This document shows, in pieces, positions 26,891 through 38,981 of a stretch of 64,000 nucleotides of DNA. Source of the DNA: Bugula neritina (lineage: Eukaryota > Animalia > Bryozoa); assembly GCA_964035545.1 (NCBI GenBank), contig OZ037765.1, positions 21,823,504 through 21,887,503 on the forward strand, read 5' to 3'. The notes below the pieces were generated by a model, which saw only the letters and a program-made list of their open reading frames with translations, was not told the origin of the DNA and searched no databases. The position numbers and the translations under genes were made by a program. Position 1 is the stretch's first letter; every line of letters starts with the position of its first letter.

Positions 26891-29800
26891 ATGGCATCAA
26901 ACTTTCCATCTAGCAACTCTGATGATGAGAAGGTGGATCTGAAGAAATATATAGAGTCAGGTACTTTAACTTACAGCTATAATTGATAGGACAGAGTTCT
27001 TCTTTACTTAATTTTCTACGCAACTATTTATATGTCACACTGCTCTCCACTTGCAACTCTATAATATTTAAAGCAGGTTAGCGACAAAAGTCAAAATTAT
27101 TTTCGTGTTGGGAACTCTCATCTTTCTGAAACTGTGCATGCTTGCTTCTTTGTAGAACTGTTTGAGTACAACTTTTAGGCACTTGCTTCGAGCTGAGTTA
27201 GAGAACTTGAAGCTCTACATAGAAATACTAGATTATATATTCACTGCATTTTTCAAGTTTCGAATTATGCGAATGGATTTTTCATTTGATGTTTGGAAAC
27301 ATGTAGTTGCATCAAATGAAACCATTAAGTTTATGCAAACCCACCACAAATTCATCCGTACAATATCCATTCGAAGTAAAGGAACCGCCGTGATTTAATA
27401 GTATTAAATTCATAGTTCAAAGACTTGTTAGACAGTAGCTAGCCTGGGTCATTTCAATATCACATCATTTAGAGCTGTCAAGGTGTCGTTATGTGCAACT
27501 ATGCAACTCTGTGAGATAACCTAAGTTTCAAATTTTTGTATGGGGTCATTGCTGGGCAGGCTCATTGAAAAAACAACTTCTTCTGGATTATTGCACACAG
27601 AATTTAGGCTATCTCAAAAAACTAAATCTATATATACCTCTAAATGGTTCAATATAAATGGTGCTGATTAAAGACTTAACAGGGTTTTTGGCTTCTCCCA
27701 ATGTAATTGTGATGAACATTTCTTTGTTAGTTACCAGTTCAATTATATAACAGCTTTATTATATGTAGGGCCCAAATTTGTAGACTTGGGCCCTACATAT
27801 AATGAAGTGTGATGAAAGATAGGGGCTAAAATTAACCAAAACTTTGACGCTCTCTTACGATATTATATGTAAAAATAATTAATTGAATGGTTCTCTAAGC
27901 AGCTCTGAGCTGGTGGTGAACGAGTGCAGTAATTTAGATTTATGTCCCCAAAATCAAACCCCCCAACTACTGCACTCATTCACCACCAGCTCAGAGCTGC
28001 GTATAGAACCATTTAATTAATTCACCCTATTTGGACTTTTAACTTGCTCTAATATTGCTATTATAGTCACCAGCTAAGATTTCATATTCTTTACCTGCTA
28101 AACTGGAATAATATTTTTTTTAAGAAATCCCTGCAATAGGTAGATATAGATCCCTTAAACAGCATGATGAACACACAGCACAAGAGAAGTTTTCACCAGA
28201 TACTCTTCCTGACATTAACCCTTCCTCCACCCCTTTGAGAGTTTGGATTAACCAGCACCTTGATGATGCGTAGTGCTGTCCAAGTGCCTCTACTCTATGC
28301 TGAACTAATATCATAATTATGTTATTGTTTTATGATATAAATAATTTGATCATATTTCTTTCATTTGACTGTTAGACTTTGTATAATGTTGATCGTTATA
28401 GTTGTCACTATATCAAGCCCATCGTCAGATGAATTAGATGCAAGAAAACATACTTTACTTAAAAGGAATTTAAAATGTGAGTATTTATTAATAAGCAGCT
28501 GAAATCAAAATTAATTTTGATTTTACAAGATTTTATATAAAGTTTTCATATTAGTATAAGCAGGACAATAATTAGATACTTTGTTGGCATATGAAGTCGA
28601 AATATATACAATATGAGTAAATATTTAACCAAACTTGGCGTTTCATACTAAAAGACAAATAGGTAGCATACATACTATTGACAACTCGTATGAAGTTAAA
28701 AACTAATTTCTAATTTTGAGCACTAACTGTTTGATTGTGATTGTTATTAGTGAAAAAGTTCACCCGGCCACGAAAAGAAACTGTTCTGCTATCTGGTGGA
28801 GAAATCAGAAAAATAGATTTAATTTACAACACCAAAGTACGAGTTTATATTCACAAGTAATATATAAATTAAAATAACGATGTAGTTGCAAAAAAGCAAA
28901 TTCAGTGGGAAATTGCTATTATAATTTTGAAAATGCTAGGTAAGCTATAATAAGATATATATGGCTTAAAACTAAATTTTATTAGATTTCTCCTTTGTTC
29001 AATTATTTTGCAAGATGTTATAATGAGAGCCAATGAGATGTATTGTAGCTGTGATTTACAAGTGAACCTATCTTATCAGAGGCTTTATTAATTGTAGACT
29101 GAAAATGATTCCAAATCTCATAAAAGCTACAAAACCAGCCTATGCAGATTTTATAAAACTCCTGGAAGTTGTATATACGGAAGTTCTTGTACATTTGCCC
29201 ATAGTTTAGAGGAGCTAAAATATTTTAATGAAATTGTCCGGAAATTTTATGATGAAGCTAAAAAGGAGGTATATTATAACTTTACCACTTTCTGATCATA
29301 GTTTGGTCAACTTATTGCTAGTCTAATTAGCATTTATTGAAAACTTTCATTAAAATGTCCAGCTATAATTGAGTTATAGTACAGACCTCTATTCAATTGG
29401 AAACATCAAATATTTGTACTGCAAATATAAAAGAACAGTAAATTCTTTGACATTCTTATCTCTTGTATCCATGTTCCTTGCATACTATAAGCAACTGCAC
29501 TGTGTATATATATAGATGATGTACATCTGAAAGTATTTTTATAATCTGCTAAATATTTTGGTATAAACAAGATCAGATTATTTAATTGCCTGGTTTCAGG
29601 CTAGATTATTAGTTCTTAGTTATATTTTCAGAGCTGCAGGTTTTAAATTTGTAAGTTTTCTAACCAGAAAATCTTTTTGATGTCATTTAAGAAGTAAAAG
29701 TGGTTCAGTAGAGTATTAAAACATAAATAAGATATATTCTTCTATAACAAACTTTATGCTCTTGCTTTAAAGTCTATTATATAGCTCACCATACTTATGA

Positions 29801-32062
29801 TATGACTTTTATTAAAAGGTTATTACTTATTGTAAAAAAGAATGGTATGTTTTATAGCATTTGAATTTATCTGTTATACATACTTAAGAAGAAGGAAAAC
29901 ATATACATGTATGATGTATAGCAGCATATTTTTAAAAAAAGTTATTGAGCTGTGCCAACTCTAGATGTTTCAAATTATTCACGACACACCACCACTATTT
30001 AGCAGCAATAACATTTTCAAGTGTATAAGCTGGCTAATTAAGATTTCTAACAAAATATTGCTCTATATAATATATAACACAGAAAAAGCAGTTTTTAGGA
30101 ACTTATCTTTTCAATTTTATATTTAATGTTTAGATTTAGAAAATGTTCATTTTGCTTCAAAGTGACATTTTCATGCTAATAAAAGTTTGCCAAATCTGAT
30201 GATCCATATAGGAAAGCAGTAAGTTTAACACAAATATTATAGTAGCGGTCTCATGCCTGTCTATCACTACATGATCATACTATCTAAAGTATTCTTAAAC
30301 TTTTGCTGAATTTGATAACACAGCACATATTCTAGGTTAAGATTCCAACTTTAAATGAGCTTTTATTTTAAATAATCCAACAGAGTTTTGATTTTTTCTC
30401 TTATTTTTGTTCATTCCTACTTATTATAGCCAGTATTTACACTGAATTTTGCAACGTGTTGTCATGTTTGTGATATGTAATAAATCAATCAATCAATCAA
30501 CTTTATATAGATTTGTGGGAAGCAACCGAAATTCTAACTCATTTTTCACCACAAAACATAAGCTATAAAGACTTTTTTATTTGATGGTGCCATATAAGTG
30601 GAATAGCATGTAAATGATTTTAACTACTCTTCCCATTAGAATGCTTACTATTAGTTTAAATCAAATAAATTATAATTGAAACCTAATATATTTCGTTACC
30701 TAAAAGCATTATCATAATGTATTACCACCTTTGAAAGCATAAAGATGGTTTTCTATATTATAAAAACTTAAAACCAATCAAAGTCATGGTTTTAGAAAGC
30801 TCACCATGAGCCATGCCGAAATCAGCAGTGTCCTATCAGACTTCGGTTACTATTGCGTAAAACAGTGATCTGCAAGTACTGGGAAGAGGATACTTGTCGG
30901 AGGTCCGATAATTCATGTAGTTATGCGCACGGCGAGGCTCAACTCAATCCTTTGCCAAAATATGAAATGTGCAAGAATTTTCAAAGAGGGGCTTGTGGCT
31001 TAAAAAACACAGAGGTGTGTATTATAAAAGTTGTCCCATCTTACCGATTTTAACCACTGGTCACTAACCAACATATGCATTAGGGAGTTATTTTCCCCAA
31101 TTGTTAAGAGAATTAGTGTGAGTTTGTAGCTGTAGGAACTGGTAAGAGGTTTGCATCATGCATCTATTACAAAATTTAATTTTTAAAACTTTTTATTGAG
31201 CAGAAATATTGCATAATTTTCAATTTGTGTTTTCAGACCATATTTGGGAATGTATTTTACATTTTAACAGTGTGTTTATGCCCACAACTATGGTGAGAAA
31301 AGACAAAAGGGAGCAACCAAAATTCTGGTATTCTTATTTCAATAAAATACATATATATTTATAGAGCTATTAATATTAATTTGGGCATTGCCGATTGCCA
31401 ATTTATATTCAAGATATATAGTGCACTAGGTATATTATATCCATTAAATTAACTTTTTCCAACTGAATTTTTCAAAAGTTAACACCAACTTTTATCTTAG
31501 TTCAATATGTTTAAAAGTTTCCCACCAGAATACCATTATAGAAGTGGCAAATTCATGCGCGACTGTTTTTAAACAGTCTATCTTTATTTATTAAACAAAT
31601 CCAATAAAGAACTGAACTGAATTTAAATGACTTTACATATAAAAGTTATATATTTTTCTTGAAAATAAAATATTTTTCCATAATTTAATTGGAATGTTTC
31701 AGTTGTGATGGTTAGTTGAAATTGCTGTTCACAAAATATAATAATTAGCAACTACAGAAGAAAAATTACCATTATTTAATGAATGCATAGCATAATTATG
31801 CAAATAGATTATGCACTTCTCTGAAGGTTTTTGTCTATACAATAAGTGATATGAAAGTTGAGCTCATCCATTTTATTTATAATGTGAGCAAATTTTGCCA
31901 AACAAAATGATAACTCTGTTGAAGCATAAATTAATGCATATAACTACAATCTTGTAATTATATTTTTAGGAACCTGTTGCTGATGAGTTATGTACTAACT
32001 GCCAATGGCTGTATGATGCATTAGAAGTTAAAGAGGAGTTGAGAAATAAGTTTATCATCTAA
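26891..32062 (+). CDS. CCCH zinc-finger protein, copy 2 (about 237 aa); exons 26891-26960, 28402-28476, 28751-28836, 29098-29268, 30796-31014, 31970-32062
   Basis: Open spliced frame. Fingers YKTSLCRFYKTPGSCIYGSSCTFAH (TIS11-like C-x8-C-x5-C-x3-H) and RKTVICKYWEEDTCRRSDNSCSYAH. The third finger lacks His (CQWLY). Confidence 0.87.
27885..28014. mobile_element. Short fold-back element (MITE) with about 50-bp TIRs
   Basis: AATGGTTCTCTAAGCAGCTCTGAGCTGGTGGTGAACGAGTGCAGTA ... TACTGCACTCATTCACCACCAGCTCAGAGCTGCGTATAGAACCATT, flanked by AATTAATT on both sides. The paralog at about 19425 has a single AATTAATT. Confidence 0.85.
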
Positions 32063-32586
32063 TGATTATAGCTCAACACATCAATTAAAATACTCAGTTT
32101 TGGAATATCATTTATTCAGAGCCTTCCTACACTTGGTTTTTTTCAGTGTTGATTTTTTATTTATAGGCAAAAGTTTATGTTTGCCCACTACTTTACATCA
32201 GTGTGCTTTTTATTTCAACAAAACATGTTATAACTTTTTGCATTTCAAATGTTATACTGTAAAACAATTAGTCCATATCTTCCTATTGTATAGGCTACCT
32301 AATAGCAATGTGAATCATGTTTTCTTGTTATTGTTATTATAATATTTGTATAGTTTTTGCAGTTTGTCTCTAGATTTCACAGTGTTGTTATCATTTATAT
32401 TTTTAGTAGTTGTGCCAAAGACTACAACGTCAAACATATAACATCAACCTATATTCTATATTTAAGAATATGGCATTTCAATTCCTATATAAGTTTCTCT
32501 GTTAGTCTACATGTATGCAGGATTTATATATTTCGTGACTTCCACTATAGACATCAGCCACCACAAACAGTATTCCTTGGTAGTCA

Positions 32587-35500
32587 TCAAAACTGTGACA
32601 AATAACCAGATATCAGTTGCACTGTGTGAGCTGTAGTGGCTTTAAAATGACCTGAAAATAAAAGCAATATATTTCTATATTTTAATATTTCAAGAGTTCT
32701 TAGAGCTGCATCCATAAACTAAAGAACAATATTACCTTTACCAAACTTAAATATTCGTATAATGGCATTATTGTTTAGCCTATCTAGTTAGCAATGCCTT
32801 TAGATTAGAATATTTCAACGATGCCATTCATAATTTAGTAAAAGTGATTTGTTTCATTTGACAAATTAGAAATAAATTTAAGACAACTTAAAATGTAACA
32901 ACAATGTTGGGAATTACTAGATGAAGCAAACAGTCATGTGCAGGGAAACCCTTACGAAACTAAATATCATTACTCCTTACTGCTTACCCACCAAGGAAGT
33001 GTCACAACATGCTGCTGAGATTAGTTACCTGGTTTTGTAACGAATCCATGAACAGTTCCCTTTAGAAGCTCGTATTGTGTTTTTACACCTGAGTCATCTA
33101 GTTTTTTCTTATAGGCTGAAAAGTTGATATTAATATACACTAATATAATATACACGAATACACTATAGCCTACACACTAACATACATACATATAAATACC
33201 TTTATATACATGATTGTATACGCACTACATTATATACGAACTTATATATACACCTGCATATTAAATTATGTGCATATATGCACATATAATAATACCGAGA
33301 TTCAGCTGAATTTAGCCACGCTGTTGTATATATATTACACATTATAGATAAGAATGGTAATATAGTGTACTTCAAATATCAATCTAGCTTATATTATGTG
33401 TGTAACAAAAAGTAAAAGTTTGCTAAATTATTATAATTATGACACTTTATAAGTATAAAATGAATATAAAGTAATATACCAGAGCTCTGATCTGCTAGAG
33501 GATCAATCTCAGACACTATAAACAAGGCAGATGGTAGACCAGTGAAAGATTCTCTCAATATTGGAGAACATAAAGGATCCTTTGCATTGTCTGCACTGTT
33601 TAGAAACTGTTTCATGAACCTGTATAACATATTTGGTATAGTTGTATTTCCAAAGTACTCTGGGCTTGTGTGTGAGGCACCCCAGTCAAACCACTCAAAT
33701 AATTATGAGGAAATAGAAATTAAAGAATCATTGCTTTATCTAGGCTATTAAAATGCCATGTAATTATAAAAAGTTGATTTCTCAAGTTTACCAAAGCTAC
33801 ATTCGAATAGTTTTATTTGGGTTTACTTACAGTTATTATCAAATGAGCATGAATGAGGATTTAGTAGACCTACTGCCTGCAGGCTTGATGCACGTGCAGT
33901 GAACAATTAAGCAAAATATTTGATGCATCATATTTGAAATAAGAATTTAAACTTAAAAGCTTTAAAACCCACCCTGTTTACTTTTTCAATAACAAAGGAA
34001 TTAGTAGAAGCATAGGAAATAACACATAGGTGGATGACTACATCAAAAGATAAGGGTAGCTTACCAGGACATGAGAGTGGAGTTGAGTAGGTAGCCTTCA
34101 CAGTATTTATTATAAGATGCATACACAGTTCTCTCAGCCAGGTCAACAGATGCATATATTAATATCTGAAAGTTCAAGGTCATGTAAACTGTCGGTAATA
34201 ATGATTATGACTACGCTATCATTTTCTTGGAGCAAATGTCAAAAAGAAAGATTCAAAATTGCTAGTTATAAAAGATCAAATTGCAGCTATAAAAAGGTCA
34301 AAGTTAGTACTTTATATTTTACTAAATTGGAAAGCTTAAGATGTGACAAAAATGGCAAAAATCCTTTTTGGAAATAGAAAATGTTGATGAACTTTGACTC
34401 AGTGTAGTGCTACATGTGGACTCAGTGTAGTGCTACATGTGGACTTAGTGTAGTGCTACATGTGAACTCAGTGTAGTGCTACGTGTGGACTCAGTGTGGT
34501 GCTACATGTGAACTCAGTGTAGTGCTACATGTGGACTCAGTGTAGTGCTACATGTAGACTCAGTGTGGTGCTACATGTGGACTCAGTGTAGTGCTACATG
34601 TTGACTCAGTGTAGTGCTACAAGTTCATCATCTTATTTTATCATCACAAATGCTATGGACAGTTGTTTACCTGAAAGTCAAGTTCCTTAACAAGATGGCA
34701 GACTGAGGCGGATATGTTGGCCCCAGCAGAATCTCCGGCCACACCTACTAAAGCTGAGTCACTACCAGAGAGTTTCTTCTTATTATCCAGACACCATTTC
34801 ACCACTGTTTCAGCATCAACATAACAGGCTGGGAACTTGTGTTCAGGACTCAGTCTGTACTCCACGTTCACCACTACACAATTACTTTCTCTGGAATTCA
34901 ACATGGAGTTCAATTCACAAAAAGTCTCCAAAATTTTAGAAAGATTTATTGGGTAAATGAATTCAATTTGGTCTTGAAGTGTTTAGATCAATTTCAGTTA
35001 AAATATTATAAGTAATTTTGTCCGTAAAATGAATACCTACAGTCTTTGAGATGGATACATTGTAATGTTTGTATCTGTTTACTAAAGCTATGTTTATATT
35101 ATCCCATGACTTATACCTGCTAGTAATCTTATATTGTGGAATGTTATAGCAATACAATTATGCTGTCAAAGTAATTATGTTGAGGCTTCAAAGTGCTATG
35201 TAACTGTTGTGACATAGGCTACTGTTTGTTTATCAAGTGGGTCAGTTAGCTTCGGGACTTGATAGAATAAAGTGTAGTGACAGTAAGAAAGTTGGTATAG
35301 TAATTTATTGCAGTAATTATCTATACAACACAAAATACGTACTGCATATTATGCTCTTACAGAAACATACAAATTATCTGACGGTGGTATACGGTAGCAC
35401 TAGCCCTATAATATGATAGCAGGTACTCTTACAATCTTTTACTTTCTGTACAAAGTTCTGTTTAAAAAACTGTACACATTTTCGTTATATACAAACACCA

Positions 35501-37035
35501 GCAAATATCTATGATCTATCTCATAATGCTTTTATTAGATAAGCTTACTCTTATCATGGAAATAAAGCATTAGCAATTTGATAGCAAAGGCTTGACCTGT
35601 TACCAGGGTATATAAAATAACTGTTATATGCTATTTCAACCTAAGGTAGAATTTATAACAACTAGTGTCAACAACTATTACTAGCTTTAAGTGAAGTTAG
35701 TGTTAATGTCTCCCTACTTTTAGTACCAGATTGATATTGCTCAGGTCCAATAAACAATCACTGTGGAATAAATTGCCAAGTTCGATTCCTGCTGTGGAGA
35801 AGGAGGCTGGTTTTAAACTTGCCCTAAGAGACCACTTAATGACAAATTTCCAATTAACAGATAAAAATAATACTCTTTACAAAAAACTATAAAAATCTTA
35901 TAACAGAAAATAATACGCTGACTGTCAACCATTTACAGCTCAGTGCCTCGACTAGCTGCAGTGCTATTGCGCCATGGGCCTTGTTATTTTGTTTATTTTC
36001 CTCAACTGTATGTATTTCCCCCCCCCTGCGACAAAATAAAACAAACAAACAAACAAACTGTGGTTTATGGCCAATGTAAAAATACCAAATTTCAAGCAGG
36101 CTGCAAAAATGAAGAAACATGTCATGGTTAAAGCTGTACTGTAGATGCAGTTGCAAGTGTTATAAAAACTATAAGCTGCAGTTTTTTTTCTTTTATTCTA
36201 AACAACATACAAGGCAAATTAAGCTTTAAAAATTTGATGCTTTTGGCAAACCTGTTAAGTTCATTACATTCAATGCATAGCAACTATTTATTTTCTGTGT
36301 GTGTACACAAGACCCTGTAGCTATGTGTTTAGTTTCTAATGCAGACTCAGAATTTGTGCTGTTTTTTCAACTGTTACTTTACTTGGTGCAAAATGCTGTT
36401 CGCTCACTGACTACTACTTCCTTCTACAATAGTTAGCTTTCTATCCAGGTTGGCAAACTTATTTTGTAAGAGTAAAAATGAATGCACATGAAACCTCTGG
36501 TAATGCTTTATTTTTATGTTGGACTCTCTTTAAATTTGTATATTTATAAAAGCCACATAAAAGTTTTAGTCAAAAGATGCTGTCTAAATTAGCCAAATAT
36601 TACTTTAAAAAGCATCCTGTGACTTATATTAAAATGCAGTTTTCTTTTCAAAATGCATTCTCGAGTTACAGTAAAGCGTGCACTGTCGTAGAATGATACT
36701 TACTGTGAAATCATCTCACACAACTTCATATGGGTGGCTCTGCTGCTCCACACCCAGCCGCCTCCATGAAAGTAGATGAGGATGCATTTTGGTGACTCGT
36801 TCGTCCCTTGAGGCCTGAGTATGGTCACAGGTACCTGGTATTCCTCACCAGAGACTAACAGCTCTTCTTTAGTGCCATTAAACACATAGTTTCCCCTGTG
36901 TTTAGCAGCCACTTCTTCATTAGCTGCTCGTATAGCATCTAAAGGCTGGCCGAGATCGAGGGGTTTCAGTTGATTAGTGTAGTCGATATATGACTGTGAT
37001 TCATCAGTCAGTTGCACATCCTTGGTAGAAGCCAT
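32587..37035 (-). CDS. Hormone-sensitive-lipase-family alpha/beta hydrolase (Abhydrolase_3 carboxylesterase); exons 36704-37035, 34671-34890, 33480-about 33700, 33029-33115, 32587-32651
   Basis: YFHGGGW oxyanion motif, VEYRLSPEHKFP, nucleophile GDSAG, Asp in SEIDPL, His in TVHGF. The exon 3 acceptor could not be resolved. Confidence 0.9.
34396..34621 (+). repeat. Minisatellite, 23-bp unit GACTCAGTGTAGTGCTACATGTG, about 10 copies, in esterase intron 2
   Basis: Direct inspection; no unique spacers. Confidence 0.97.
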
Positions 37036-38981
37036 GACTTGCACGAGTAACTTATCTTATACTGGGATTCAGCTAGGATAGGCTCGCACTGCAATGACTT
37101 GACAATACAGCATATGACCACTCAATGTAAAAAGGATGGTTTTTGTTTATAGTTGTCCCACTGACTTCAGGATCACGTGTGAAGGTTCACTATAGGTCGC
37201 TCTATTATATGCAGATGAACAAAGCACAGTTGATTTATGAATACTACTGATTAACTCGATCTTAGTTAAATACTAGAGGATGGTAGTTGTCTTTTATAGA
37301 TACTGAATAGCAAATTTATGTAAAAATCTGACAATAATAGCATATTGTCAGAGCAGGTAGAATGGAAGATTCCTTTTGCAAAGTGGATACTGCAGAATGC
37401 ACAACGTTAACCTAATATTTATAATAGTATTGTGTTATTTACTATACTGTAATATAGGAAGGAAAAAACTGGCGATAAAAAAGTTGGTTGACATGTATTT
37501 ATATTGTAGTTAAGTTTTAGATTCTATAATACAGGTTATTCACTAAATTATAGGAATGTAAAAGCTTATTTACACAAAGAGGGTAAGTCACGGTTTTGAA
37601 ATGTTGAAAAAAGCTTGTTGGGTTGATAATTTCTTGGTATAACCATTACCCTCATACTTATATGTTGTGATTATGCAAATTGAAAGTTAACAGGTTTGGA
37701 AGATTAACATGTAGATTCAATTAGGGTTGATACTCCCTGGATGATCCCCCACCCTAAAAATTATATTTTCAAATTACACTGCTACAGTTTTCTTATGCTG
37801 GTAACTAGAAAGAACCAATACAGATGAAAGAAATATTTAACCTGAGCCACCATAACTACTCAAATAATGATCATGATATTATAATGAATAATTATGATAT
37901 GGTAGTAATGAAGTATTTGATGAAGACCATATACAAAACAATGCCAAAGTAGCAAGAAAATAAATACTTGATGCAAATCTCCAGAATGCCCTCAAATATT
38001 ATGGTAGTAGAAAGTATTTGGTGCAGATCTGCTTCAAACTTAATGCTGTGGGCTATTTATGAGAATTTAGCATAAATTTACCATTCTGTGTGTTGTCCTG
38101 ACAAGATTTTTCAACTAGAAGTCTAGAACCAACACTATAATATACAGGCAGATAGATATTACTTTAAGAATTTATTGCCATCAAATAGTGCACAATAAAC
38201 TATCACAAAAATTTGATGTTAGAAAAAAGATACTACATAGCTGTATATAGTCATTAGTACAAAAAATATATTGTACAGTGAGCTAGCAAAGCTTACAAAC
38301 ACACATACGGTGACAAAGTTATAGTATCAAGAGTTTTTTTAATTTTTTCAAACTGGTATAGAAATTATGATACCAGGTAAGATGTTATCCATTTACAATG
38401 AGATACAGTCCACCAAATGCACGGGAATTGAACAACCATTTACCCAAAGTTTCTACCATTATAGAATAGAGTATGGTGGAGATAAAACCTAATATTTATA
38501 AGAGGCAGATGCTTGCTTGGGTAATACATTCTATGAAAATGGCAGCATGGAAACCCTTTCATTTCATTATTGGTCGGCAAACTTCATTCTGCAAACATAA
38601 CAATAGAATCATAATATTGCCTTATTTATGTTGGCAAAATTTAATTAGTTAAATATTTTTAGCCTCCCAAACTGCAAGTTCAAGAAAGTAGGCACAAAAC
38701 AAGCATGGAAGAAAAATAGGTAATCGAAACAACCAAACTTTCCCATTCTCAACACTTTTGAATTATAGCTACATGTTAATTTGGAAGGACAACTTGGCAA
38801 TAGACAATTCAATTCTGGGAGCAAAATTCAAGCATCATGACTTCTATGATCCAACATGCAGATTAGAGTGTAAAACCATTCAGATGTTAGACTATCAAAT
38901 GCCTTGTTTAAGGTCTTTCAATCTCTTCAAACTGTGACTTACCATCATCTTAGACGCATTAACTGAGGAGAGAGGATCTAG

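Larger units (their letters stand above)
26339..33150. repeat. Tandem segmental duplication, unit 2
   Basis: See unit 1. Confidence 0.9.

Noticed and set aside
244-32062. Functional 'RNA-decay cluster' of Staufen, RNPS1 and CCCH genes
   Set aside because: Thematic coincidence only; the sequence gives no evidence of co-function.
34396-34621. CRISPR-like appearance of a short palindromic repeat array
   Set aside because: No unique spacers, eukaryotic intron context, no cas genes.
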